A stretch of DNA of 64,000 nucleotides from Chrysomallon squamiferum (GCA_012295275.1 CM022674.1:11842001-11906000), one strand, 5' to 3'; counted from the stretch's first letter, positions 45,609 through 58,900 are shown. The notes: generated by a model from the sequence alone, not told the origin. Numbers and translations are program-made.

Positions 45609-46536
45609 TGTATCTATTTCAGTAATGGCTACCACTCTTTACTAAAATCCCGTTTCTGTGGTTACATCGTTCAGTGAGAAGGTGACATATGAGAAAGACA
45701 ATGGATGACGTAGGAGATGATGTTACTCCATTGTCTCTAAACGACACCATTGTCTTTGACGTGATACTCGAGTGCGTGTTTCCTGTAACAAAGAGCAATG
45801 TGTCCGTGATTCGAGAGCGTTCTGTTCAAGTCAACAAACACCCAAACATTTACAGTGTGGATGGAAAAACATCTACATAGTATTTGTACTCTGTATTGTG
45901 AATATTTTAAAAGTGGTGGTATGTAATATCCTGTCTGTGTAAACATTTGTATAAAAATTATACACAATGTAAAATTATATGACTAATATCTAGTGCGTGT
46001 GTGTATATATGTATGTGTGCGTGTGTGTGTGTTGGTTATTTGTTATTTCACGCACACACACACACACACGCACACACACATGTAAAACAAAACTGTATAT
46101 AAAGCATAGCCACACTTATACAAGCATTCAAGAGCTTAATCTGATAAAGTCTGAGATTCCTGACACTTTGAATTGCAAAACGTATTCACAGTATTTGTGT
46201 AAGAAGGACGAATACTGTAAAACCTTTTCTTCCATTGAACATTATTTTTCCATTAACAGTAACACAGACTTAGTAATTATAGTTAAATATTGGTTTAGTA
46301 AAGTTTCACCACAAAACGCAATAAACGCAAAATTTAAAAGAAGAATACACTTACCAGCATTAAAATATCTTCAGTGAGTAATCAAATAACGTCATCATAA
46401 AACAACAGTTATTCAGCTCTAGTTAAACAGACACAGAAATGTATTAGTAGCAGTAGTAGTAGTATTCGTAGTAATATTCGTAGTAGTAGTAGTTGTAGTA
46501 GTAGTAGTAGCAGTAGTAGTAGTAGTAGTAGTAGCG

Positions 46537-46606
<70 letters not shown>

Positions 46607-47331
46607 CCAGTCACTGGATGTTTCGAGTTTTGTGTTGAAATTCTTCATCCCTCCACATACGTACACACATAGACACACAAAAGTATTAAAATATTTTAAA
46701 ACTATTCTTGTTTCAGTTTCTTGTGAAAATCCATGTAAAGTGGAACTTGTGACGTCACACTCTGTCGTGTACATAGGTCGCACGGATAGCACCGTCATCT
46801 CTTGCAATCTGAACTGTCCTCTCAGGAATGACGTCACTGATATTCGTTGGTATGACAACCATCATCGGCCAATAAGCATTGATCCGTCAAGGTTTGGTTT
46901 AACTACTTATAATTTTACTCGATTATGCTGAATTATTAATTAATTCATTGTTACCTGAAACGATTTGATAATGTATATTAGTAATGGTGTCATTGATGTT
47001 CGGTGATATGACAACAGCCTATAAACATTATATTCCTTTTTTTTTCTTTCTTTTTTTCTCAAACTCGTTTTGTTTTCCGATTAGCAGTAGAGTGTTCGTT
47101 GTCATCTAAATTTAGTTTTACTCGAAATGCAGGACAGATGTATTTACCATTAGAGATCCAATCAGATTCGTTCTTACAATAGTCAGTTATTAACGTTGTG
47201 TTGCATGATGGGAGATTATTACAGAGTACTCTTGTTATACAGACCTTTATTTGGTGACAGGTACCAAAATTACAAATTATTTAATATCTTTTGAAATGTC
47301 AACGCTTATAAAGATAATTATTGTTATTGTT

Positions 47332-47402
<71 letters not shown>

Positions 47403-47540
47403 TCATTATTATTATTTAACTTATGCTTTGGATATGGGAATATAGCTAAAAATAATTTTGTTATAGAACTGTATTATTAGTAGTAATAGCCAATCATTAT
47501 TTTAGTTGTTTTTTACTACTACTATTGTTACTAGTACTAG

Positions 47541-47588
<48 letters not shown>

Positions 47589-49146
47589 CACTACTACTAC
47601 TACTACTACTGTTATTGTATTACGATCATTATTACTATTGTTATGATTACTATTATTTTTACTACTATTAGTAATACTTCTGCTAATGTTGTTGTTATTT
47701 AATGTATATAATACCTGTTAATTTTTTTTTTTTTTTTTATTTATTTATATATATATATTTTTTTTTTTTTTTTTTTTTTGTTTAAAGGAGAATTTCGATG
47801 TCTTATAGAGGGAGCCAAGGGAGTGAACTCCGTATACGAACGTCTGGAAAAGAAGACAAACGCACGTACACGTGTTTGGACACGTAAAGAACCAAACTTT
47901 GACAAAAACTGTGACCGTTGTGACTCGAGGTAATCTGAACATTAATTACAGAGATAAAAACAAAATAAATTTAATTTGTCACACGAACACAGACAAACAC
48001 CCCTCATGCACACACACGTCTAAAGACCAAAGGGAAGGTATATATTACAGCTAAACGGCTTCTCGTTTCTACACACATGCACCCACCCCCCCCACACACA
48101 CATATTTTATTTATTTATTATTTAAATTCTAACAATAATTTCACGAAAAAGGCTGTTAAACAGACATTTATATTTATTTGTTAATTCAGTCATTCATTTA
48201 TCAAATCAAATTAAATACAGCTGAAATCTCTTAGAAACTTTTCATTCTATATTTATATACATATACGTATACACCTACATAAGCACTTACATGTGTAAAA
48301 ATACATATACAGGTCTATATACACACGACTCTTTGTACAAATATCTACGCGTACTAACATACTTTTTTAAACCAGCTAAATAAAACTGTGTAACATCAGT
48401 TTGCGATCTTGTAGCTTACCTAACAGACATAATTACATAAAAATTCTGTAATCTGTTTTCTTTTTAAAATTTATTAATTAATTGGTAACTTTCTTGTTAT
48501 CAAAGACGCTGATGTCGCCAGTGGTAAGTTTTTATCCAAGAACAGACGAAGAAGACGAAGTACGAACATTTCAGAAGACAAAGCAGTAAAAGACATAAGT
48601 GGAAGCGGTGAAATAGACGCCAGCGGGGAATTTACCAGGAAGGGCAATGAGGAATCAGTAGCTAACAGGAATTTTTCTGGTGAAGAAATAAATTCGGGAA
48701 ACATTCCAACGGGTGAAACGTTCACTGACTTGACAGAAAGCACGACTTCCGCACATCCTAAAATAAAAATAACAACCGAAACAATCGAACCAGAATTCAC
48801 GACGTCAACACCCGCAACGCCGGAGACGTTTGAACTGAAGTACGGCGTGTTGATGTTCTTCTTGTCTCTGAGTGTCGTGTTCGTCCCAGTTCTCTCTCTC
48901 GCACTTCCGCTTGTTCTCACTGGGTGCTGCAGAAGGAAGAACGCGGAAGAAAGAAAAATAGAAGTACTCACACAGAAGCACTTGAAGGCGACATCTGGTG
49001 TTCCTAGGTTCGTGGTAGTAGATGTAGATCCTCAGACAGACGGAAACACGTCAGAATTAGCATCTAAAATTCCTGCAGAATTTGGCACAATTCAGCAAGG
49101 AGACGAAATTCGGCTTGAACTGCCGAAACCTGTTGAAACGGAAAAG

Positions 49147-49177
<31 letters not shown>

Positions 49178-49179
49178 GC

Positions 49180-49237
<58 letters not shown>

Positions 49238-50132
49238 GTGTGTGCATGTGTGTTTGTATATGTGTATATATATATATATATAGTTTTGGTTTAGCATTCA
49301 GAACATCAGACTCAAATTTTACTTCATACGAAAACTAAATCACATTTTTCAAACTTAGCATCAGGCAGGTATAGATAAACAATTATATATTTTATATTTT
49401 AATAGGTAGATACAGACAAACACATCAAATAAATACCATCTAGTACGCAATGACATTAATACAGTATTTTACAGGAAGCGGTCTTTTAAGACGTTCTGTG
49501 GATCTATATCAACCCGCTTCAGAGGAAAACAAGAAGAAACGAAAACTGGCAGAGACCAGACATCAAAGACTCATGACGTACGTCTAAGGGTAGAAACTGA
49601 AGACATTGTGTTTGGACTGGAATCCTTTCCTGTCGCTCGTCCAGTGTCAAACGCGGTAAAGAAAACAGATGATGCTGAGGATGCTGGGAAAGAGACGACG
49701 GCAGAAACAGACAAAGCGAGTGAAAAGAATGCAGGAACAGGTGATGAGAGAAAGGACAGTGCTGCAGACGACACAAATCTGACAAATCCTACAGAAGACG
49801 AATCAAAGAGATCTCGAGCAGACGATACAGATCAGACGGTTTTCACGTCCTCACAACAGTCCGAGGATTCAGCAGACGACACGAAGCAGACGGAAGGAAC
49901 AGAGGTGAAGGACGAAGCTGGACTTGTAAATAAGACTCTGTCTGAAAGGAGTGAGAATGCGTTTAGCAGTTACGAGTTTATGAGAGACTTAAATAACTAC
50001 ATGGCTGAGTTAGAAAGGGAATTCTCACCTGAAGCGAAAACTGACCTCAGTGAACTGAACACGAAGTCAGATGAAACAGAAACAACTGAACGTCATTTCA
50101 ACTTTGAGAACCTCGAGATTACAATACTGTAA
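45074..50132 (+). pseudogene. Paralog D: Ig-domain/proteoglycan-like type-I membrane protein with a 1-nt frameshift in exon 3; exons 45074-45110, 46717-46891, 47788-47929, 48506-49145, 49475-50132
   Basis: Signal MKMFWLLRLLCSISC; Ig first half TVISCNLNC..IRWY. Exon 3 is 142 nt (140 or 143 in paralogs): TAC ACG TGT TTG GAC ACG TAA stops at 47885, while the shifted frame continues GHVKNQTLTKTVTV. Later exons are intact. Could be a sequencing error. Confidence 0.75.
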
Positions 50133-50145
50133 CACGTGACAAGAC

Positions 50146-50197
<52 letters not shown>

Positions 50198-50364
50198 GCT
50201 ATTATTATTTTTATTATTATTATTACTATTTTACTATTATTACTCTTACTATTATTATTATTATTATTATTATTACTATTATATAGATAACATAAATATA
50301 GATGTTTATATACATAGACACATACATATTTAACCATAAAAATACACACAAAACACATACATAC

Positions 50365-50395
<31 letters not shown>

Positions 50396-50854
50396 CATTT
50401 ATACATATATTATACTCACGTATAAATACACAGATTTAAAATAACTGTTTTTACGTTATTTTCTGAATATTTAACCGTTTGCTCATACTGTTTAGTATTA
50501 GAGAAAAATATATTGCAATGTACACATATTCTAAGTCAAATAAATCGTATTATCAACTTTATTTCGTTTGCTGTGTTTCACAGTTATATTAGAAAGAAAT
50601 ATTTTCAGATATGTTACTAATGAAATAATATATTACAGTGCTGTCTAATTATAAGCTGATATATTTCTTTTACAATAAATATCGAGCCTATCTTCTATTT
50701 GTTTCCTATCTGACTTTACTATTTAATTTTCAGTTATGTCAAATTGTCAGTGAGATACAAGTGTGTCTTCACAGTCTATGTAACAGTGCGTTGTCTGTCA
50801 GGTGTAATAGCAGGTTTTCCATTAATTTTGTTAGATGTGAGAAATGTTAGACTG

Positions 50855-51063
50855 GTTGTCTCCCGTTTGTTACACGTCCCATTTGTTACACATCCAGCTG
50901 TTAAGGATTAATTAATTAACCCCTGTCGTACAGTGGGACAGTCACCGGCTGAACTTGGCTAACAGATTTACATGGTGATATGTGCTGAATCACTGTAATA
51001 TATGCCAAACTCTTACATGTATCGTTCGTTTGTCCTATATGTGACGTACAAATGGGAGGATAC
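50855..51063. mobile_element. Small MITE-like element with imperfect terminal inverted repeats
   Basis: CTCCCGTTTGTTACACGTC at left versus GACGTACAAATGGGAG at right. Confidence 0.45.
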
Positions 51064-51074
51064 TGCTACACTAG

Positions 51075-51470
51075 GTTTTCTAACTGTTACGTCAGAGCAG
51101 TTTGCTGATAGGTTTTCTTCAGCTCTGATCAAATAGGTTTCTGTAAGAGAAAGCTCTCTATAAGTTAATTTATAAGCATGTTTTCTGTACGTTACAGTAG
51201 GTTTCTGTTTCTTACGTTACCAGGTTTTTCTGTCAGCTAAGTTTCACTAGGTGTTCTCTTATGACATTAGTCAACTTAAGTTACAATAATTTTCTGACAG
51301 TTATGTTACAACCACTTTTCTGTAACCCATGGGTTTCCAAGAAAATAAAATAAATTTTCTGCTGCTATTTTAATAGGTTCTATGTTAGTTTTGTAACAGG
51401 TTTGTTTTATATGCCAATAGGTTTTATATCAGCTGTTCGCAAAGGGCTGTTGTATGTCTCCATTCACCTG
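51075..51470. repeat. Degenerate ~23-24 bp satellite (TTAC...AGGTTTTCTGTCA) upstream of paralog E; duplicated at ~54062-54350
   Basis: 51221-51470 aligns with 54111-54350 (e.g. AGTCAACTTAAGTTACAATAATTTTCTGACAGTTATGTTACA). Confidence 0.8.
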
Positions 51471-51640
51471 TTTTATGTGTGTGTGGGTGAATTAAAAGAT
51501 ATATATGTACACATCTATATATACATATTGTGAATGATTTCTCGGAAATGATGACGTCACTAAGCTGTGTGAGTTCGCGGTTATCTTCCCTGTCTGTAGT
51601 TGAAACACAAGCACAGTAGACACACCCAGCTAACTGTCTC

Positions 51641-52444
51641 ATGATGGCCGCACAGTTTCTACTCATTCTACTTTCTCTTTGTAAGTAAACAGTTAATTAT
51701 ACTTTTATATCCAACAACACTCATACTGATTTATCATAATTATGTGTATTGAAAAATTCTCTCTCTTTTTAAAAGGTTTTCAGTAAAATATAAATTATTT
51801 TAAAACGAAGTCTACAGGAGTAATAATAACAAAAAAATTATTAATTATAATTAAAAATTATTATTATATATTATTTATTAATTTATTTTTAATTATATAT
51901 ATATATATATATATTAAGAGTATTTAAAATTGTATATAGAAAGTAAAAGAATCCATAGATAAACCCATACTTCCATTACTGTGCTCTCATTAACACAATA
52001 AGACAAAATTGTCCTTCTCCGAGTCTTTCCGATAACTGCCGACAGTTCCCTGGCGGAAACGACAAACACGATTTTAGAACAAGAGGCAGAATTGATTGTT
52101 TACGTTAGCCCCATTGTTATCAAGTTTACTTCCTTTTATAGTAACACAGTGTCAGGAACAGTAGATATAACAATAAAAGAGCTGATTATAATTAATATAA
52201 TAAAAGTGATGATGACAAGGAATTTTTCACGAAACAAAAAATTAAAATATGTGGGTGTACATAGTTTAATGTGATATAGATTTGCATGCAGTTCTGATAT
52301 ATATAGATAAATTAAAACATTTAAATAAAATACATGCATTTTTACACATAAACGTATGTATGTATGTATATATATATGTGTGAGTTTATATGTATGTATG
52401 TGTGTGTGTATATATATATAGATAGATAGGTATAGGTAGGTAGG

Positions 52445-52490
<46 letters not shown>

Positions 52491-53331
52491 TAGATAGATT
52501 TATATAATTTCAGTTACTAGTGTGTACTCGTGCAAATTGGATCTTGTGACGTCACAAACTGCAGTGCATATAGGTCACTTCGACAGCACGGTTATCACTT
52601 GTAAACTTCTTTGTCCTGACGATGACGTCACTGATCTTCGTTGGTATGACAACAGGAATCGTCCAATGAGCTATGCACCATTAAGGTCTGTTTTTCGATT
52701 TGTATTTAGAGCCACTGACTTAACATAACTACTATTACTACTACTATTACTATTACTATTACTGCTAGTAGTAGTAGTAGTAGTGTAATAGTAACTGTGT
52801 TTATAGCAGTATTATTAGTGATTGACACAGTAGTTGTAATTGTAAATAATGATGAAATCTCGTTTCATGTTTAAAATTTATTTCATATACATTTTATTAT
52901 TAGATATATTATTCATATTTTTTATTTTAATAATATTTTTCTAAATATTTATTTTAGAGTATTTGCCACATTTTACAAGGAATCTATTGAGAGCAGACTT
53001 TTTCTAAGAGATATGAAAGCAGACGACAATGGAACGTACACCTGTGTGGCAAAAACAAACAAACAGACGATTACAAAGTCGGTTGATGTTTTTATTACAA
53101 GTAAGTTTTCACATTCTTCTCCTGTCTTCCTGTTTATTTTGTTGCTGATGTTCTTCATTTATTATTATATGTTGAAGGAGAAACCCATCATAAAATATAA
53201 TAAGAAAAGTAAGAAAAAAATATATAAAGTAAAAAAAAATAATAATCAATAAAAATAAATAAAAAATAAAAGTTACTATTACTATTATTATTATTATTGT
53301 TGTTGGTGTTGTTGTTGTTATTATATTGTTA

Positions 53332-53363
<32 letters not shown>

Positions 53364-54140
53364 GTTGTTGTTGTTATTATTATTTATTCCACTTATTATT
53401 AGATTATTATTATTTTTTAATTATATTTTGTTAGTAACATATATATATAGATATATAGATATACATACATTTCAGATACGGTAAGTCAGTATGTAGGCGA
53501 ACTGATTCACGACAGAGAACGAAGAGCAAACAGAAATTCGACAAAAATAAGAGTAAAAAATAACAAGAAAAACACTGTGGGTAAAAGAACAATGAAGAAA
53601 CAGAGAAACAAAGAAAGAAAGAACAAAAATAAATATAAAGGGAAAAAATATACACCTAAAAAAATGAGACCAGTCCAGAACCCTGATCTTAGCAAAACAA
53701 CTACGAAACCAGCACCAACCAGATCAACAAGAAAACCTTTCACAAGAAAACGAACAACAACGTCCGATGTAAAAACAACGTCAGTGACGTCTACCGTGCA
53801 CCATTCAACACACGATTCTGATGCAGTGAGAAATGATTTAGTTACATCAAGCCACTGGGACACTGCATCGTCTGATACACCATCTAAAACTAGCAACGAC
53901 ATCACACCCTCCACTAACGACGTCCGGAAGGTTGATTTAAACATTCAGCATTCAACACATGTTTCTAGCGCAGTGAGAAATGATTTAGTTACATCAACAT
54001 ATTTACCTGATCTTATATTATGCCACCTGGACACTGAATCATCTGATATACCATCTAAAACATCAGTTTTTGTCTCAGATCTTACAACAGTTTTTCTGTC
54101 AGTTATTACAACGGTTTTTCTGTCAACTAAGTTTCATTAG
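51641..54140 (+). CDS. Paralog E: Ig domain + polybasic segment + partial mucin stalk, truncated before the TM; exons 51641-51680, 52514-52685, 52958-53100, 53476-54140 (339 aa)
   Basis: All introns GT-AG; 1020 nt in frame. Signal MMAAQFLLILLSLFTSVYS; TVITCKLLC..LRWY; LFLRDMKADDNGTYTC; RERR then a K/R-rich segment. The ORF ends inside satellite sequence. Confidence 0.75.
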
Positions 54141-54559
54141 GTTTTCTAGTCAACTTAAGTTACAATAATTTTCTGACAGTTATGTTACATCCACTTTTCT
54201 GTAATCTATGGGTTTCTCAGAAAGTAAAATAGGTTTTCTTCGCTCTATTTTAATAGGCTTTCTGTTAATTTTGTAATAGTTTTGTTTTATATGTCAATAG
54301 GTTTTATATGAGCTGTTCGCAGATTGCAGCTTTGAGTCTCCATTCAGCTCTTTTGTAAAAATTTAAATTTAAGCACGCAGCTTGTTTAGAGAGACGCGCA
54401 ACTGAACCGAACTGAACCGAACTTTATTTACACTCAGGCCGTATCTTACGGCATGCGAGGACACATTCATATAAAATGTAATATAATTATAACAATTACA
54501 ACAAGTATGACAAGATGGTGGATTTACAATAATGTAGATAATTTCTGTTTCCACAGGTG

Positions 54560-55450
54560 TCAATCACATCGGAACGTCAACCAATCAAAGCGCGCTATTT
54601 CCACACATCCATAATGCTTTATTTCCGGCCGCCATATTGTCTAACAAGCGGTGTTAATCATTGTTTTGTTCAGTTATTCAGCAAGCGTTAAAACCTTCTT
54701 TGTTAGACACAGTGGTGAAGCGATGTGCTTGGGAGATATGAAAAACAGCTGAACAGTACAAAAGTGGACAGCATTCGACATTTATACCGTTTCCGAAACC
54801 GAAAACAGAACCAGAATTTTTTTTTATATTGCAGTTAAATATTAATTTCACAACAACATGAAATAAGTTTATGCAGAATATAATCAATTCTGTGTTTTAT
54901 TATACTGATTAAAATATACATGTACATTTTATGTTCAGTTTATTGTTTATTATTTATTTCTCTACATTTTCAGAGAGTATTATAGACTTTTTAATGCAAC
55001 TTTACAATATGGAAATAACTTTCAGAACGTACTGAAATATTCCAGAAATACATTAAAATCTCAAAGAGGGGATGCCAGTTTCAAAATGAATAGATATAAT
55101 TACAATAGGCATACTGCCTATAGTATTAAATAAAAAATCAACATAGTAAGTCTTACTGCTTTTCTGTGTCCAACTGACACAAAGCAGGCTTTCATTTTGT
55201 CACTTCCACCACAACATGGCTCGTTGGTTTTAGATTTATTTTCATCCCTCTTGGATGGCCCCACTGTCTTGGAATGCTCGTACAACTCTGCTGTTCTGGG
55301 TTTTGTGTTAAACTGTGCAGCCTGAATCTTTGTAAGGTTTGTAAGAGCCCAATAATATGAGCAGTGGCCACTTAACCTGGAAATACAGAAAGTTGTTTAC
55401 AAACATGTACACCTGTTGTTTTCAAATAACAATAATACACACAGTTGATA
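54560..55450. mobile_element. Decayed THAP + SWIM DNA transposon (ISL2EU / PIF-Harbinger-like)
   Basis: Plus strand 54712-54816 reads VVKRCAWEI*KTAEQYKSGQHSTFIPFPKPKTEPE (THAP N-terminus-like). Minus-strand exon 55376-55157 reads GLSGHCS..(frameshift)..QSCTSIPRQWGHPRGMKI (SWIM and post-SWIM motif of YqaJ-type ORFs). Family assignment is from recall. Confidence 0.6.
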
Positions 55451-55524
55451 TTTAGCTATATACGAATTACATAAATATGAATAATATACATGCCCACACA
55501 CAGCCATTGAACAGAAAAAGAAAA

Positions 55525-55745
55525 ATTGTTTTATTTCATGACACAGTCAACACATTTAATTTACGGTTATATTGTATTGGACATATGGTTAATGTCCACA
55601 CTATACTGAGAGAGAGGAAACCCGCTGTTGCCACTCCATGGGCTACTGTTTTTGATTAGCAGTACCATCCCACAGACAGGGTAGTATGTACCAGTCATGG
55701 TGCACTGGTTGGAACAAAAATGGTTCGATGGGCCCACAGAGAGCG
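55525..55745 (-). mobile_element. SINE-like interspersed repeat (truncated)
   Basis: GGAAACCCGCTGTTGCCACTCCATGGGCTACT...GATTAGCAG...CCATCCCACAGACAGG resembles an abundant gastropod SINE (recall, unverified); a second decayed copy lies at ~44525. Confidence 0.6.
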
Positions 55746-55959
55746 TAAAAAACAAAAAACTGTGTGCTGTGTGTTTGTGATGCATGTGACGAAAACTGGT
55801 GGTGAGATGAATTCAAACAAAACAGTTGAGCGATCTGTTGTAGATGTTCAGCTGTTACAAATAGTCTTGACAAAGCAGTTTTAAGACACGTGTCATTTGT
55901 TATATTTTGGTTTGCTACTTTTCTTTTTTCTTTGCACTAAAATAAACCCTGCTGCAATA

Positions 55960-58900
55960 TAAGTTTAATATGAAAATATACTCCCCCAGCCTCTGATATC
56001 TGTTTTATCTCCAAGCAAACTTGAATATGCAACATGAAACTCATTTCCGATGTCATAGTTATTACACATTATTCTATTTTCAAATAGTATATTTTTCCAT
56101 CTTCCCGTTTCAACAGGAATATTTTCATTTGAAAATCTAAGCGGTAACAATGGGCACCAGTATTTTCTCTCTGTAAGGTGGAAATATATCTCGAATGAGA
56201 CAGTATTTTTAAATAATTTATAATTTGAAGCTTTGGACGAATTATCAATGACAGAGTTCCAGTATTGTAAATACTGATCTATACTGATCTATAGTGTTAA
56301 TGAATGATTTTAACTCAGAAGCACTACTGATACTACTACACTGTGATAACCAAAAATATGTACAGCCAGAATAGATTTAACATGTAATATCCATTTGTGA
56401 TAAAAAAAATAAAAAAAATAAAAATGTTATTGTTAACGTCATTCAGTAATAATCTGTACACTAGTAATGATAACTTAGGCTGCTTTCCCTTGACCTTTCG
56501 ATACCAGTAAATAATCATTCTTACTTTTACACTAATATACACTGGATAACGTCCAAGTTCTCCATTTAACGAGTACAACGGAGAAGATTTCTTTACGGGT
56601 AATAACAGTTTCATAAACTGGTTACATAAATTTTCCAATTTTTCAAAACCATGCGAATAATTTTAGTTTACAGTGGATGGAAATATTATGACATCTTCCT
56701 TGTCGTAGAATGAAATACAAAACCTTCTGTGCTATTGTATATAACATGTTTCTTGCCTTAGTAAATACATTCAGTTTGTGAAAAATGATACAGAGATATT
56801 TATTACCTTCTACATTACATCAAGCTTTGATTTTCCTAGATAAAACACTTTCTTGTAATGTTTGTGGTTGCGATTAAAAATTAAACCTATTCGTGGTTTT
56901 TTTTTTTTTTGAAGTTTACTGTTAGTTTTTTTTAGTGTAGTAAGAATCAAAAACATTTAGAGATTTTTGCAGATCTTGGTAATTATCTGCAAGGAGTAGA
57001 GTCTCATCAGCATAGAGTAAAACAAAAAGAACAATGACGTATGTATCAAATAATCACTGAACAACTCGTCAATATTTATGCCCTGACAATCATTAATTTT
57101 AAATACGTCTTCTATGTGACTGCGATGCAATGAGAATAGTGAAGTAGATATATTTTTACCTTGTCTAACACCAACCAAACTGGGGAAACAGTCTGTTAAT
57201 GGGTTATATACACTGACACAAGATTAAATGCTTTGATAAATATTGTAAATTACCTGGAAACAATTACTGTTAATAATATTCTGAATTAATTTTCCCGAAA
57301 GTTCGATTCTCCGCACTCAGTGAAAAGCTTTGCTGAAATCTGTAAATGTACAAACAAGTTTTTTCTTCAGTGCTTTCATCATTTCAGATGTGGTCATTTG
57401 TACAATAATCCTTCCTAAATCCTGCTTAAACTTCAGACATTATATATTTTGTTTCAAGATACAACTTTAGTCTATAATTTAACACAGAGGAAAAGAGTTT
57501 CCCGGGTGAACTAAGTAAAATAATAGGTCTGTAGGTTTCTAGATAATTTTTATCACCACTTTTATAAATTGGCTTGATTATACCAACTAACAATGAGTCG
57601 GGGAAGATGCCATTTTCAAATACTAAATTAAAAGGTTTGACGTATACAAGTATCAAATAATCAACAGTTTGCTTAATATATTTATTAATTATATTAATTA
57701 TATTCTCGAACTGCTTATTGTCCTTTAGAAGTCGTTGTCTGTTATTCATTGTTAGCCTGTTTTTGTAAGCTGTTCTGGCTTCTGTATATTCTCTTCTCAG
57801 TGATCTGCACTGACTACCAAACCACGCCTCGTTTCCAGCCTTGGCGTAGATCTCCTTCTAGTACATCCAAATGTATTAACCGCGGTGTTCACAAATAAGT
57901 TACTGAAACTGTTCAGCTTATCTAAATCCGATGTAATAGTTGTGATAGTTTCTTTATTTACATTTTCACTGTATTTGTCAGACAGATGTTTATTCCATTT
58001 TCGGAACTTCAAATCAAATTTCTTCAACATCGTCTATTTGTTGTTTCGTTTTTGAAACTCTAAAGGAAATAATAATTGGGCTGTGAATGTCTGAATATAA
58101 AGGTTCAAAATCAAGAACTTCAATTTTTGATATTTTCTCTAAAACACATAGCGAGGCTACAGCATAATCAACAACACTTGTTCTCTTGCAAGTAGTTTTA
58201 ACAATATTTTTATCATTACCAACTCTTCCGTTTACAATATACATGTTGTTATTTTTGCAAAATTTAATAAGTTTATATCCATGACTATTTGGCCTACCAA
58301 TAACCTGACTTTTTCTTTCTAGAGAAATTCCGAAATTTATCAGATTGTTTGGCTCGTTCATAAAATTAAATAATTCATCTGAAAATTGTATCCTGTTATT
58401 TGTTTCAGTTTCACACACTCTATAATCTGGGATTTTCTGTGTCTTGGCTTTAAATTCGCCGTCGAGAACAATATTATTATTATCTGTTGATATGTCATTA
58501 AGTTCGTCTTGCATCACTTTAAACGTATCACTGTTAAAATAAGGACAGCCCTCAGACGGCAAATATACAACACCAATAAGATGTTTTTCTAGATACCACT
58601 GAATCTTTAAATTTAAATTATAGTGCATATTCAGATGTGTTTTTTGATAAACATGTACTTTTGAAGTAATATTACTTTTGACAGCAAGGCATATGCCGCC
58701 CGATTTAGCACATGATTTTCCATTTCTCTCATCTGTATAAACTGTATAACCTGGTATTTTTACCTGATCAGTATCACCAAGTTTGATTTCTACTAAACAC
58801 AACATATCATACTGATTACTAGCTGTACGAGCCACGTTCTTCCGTCGGTGAGGAGTAATTGTGGGCACGCTTGTTCGGATTTACAGTTTCTGTGCTGAAT

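Noticed and set aside
47085-47265. Possible alternative Ig second-half exon in D (starts RVFVV like RVFSL/RVFAT)
   Set aside because: Immediate stop and no clear DxGxYxC; too degenerate to support.
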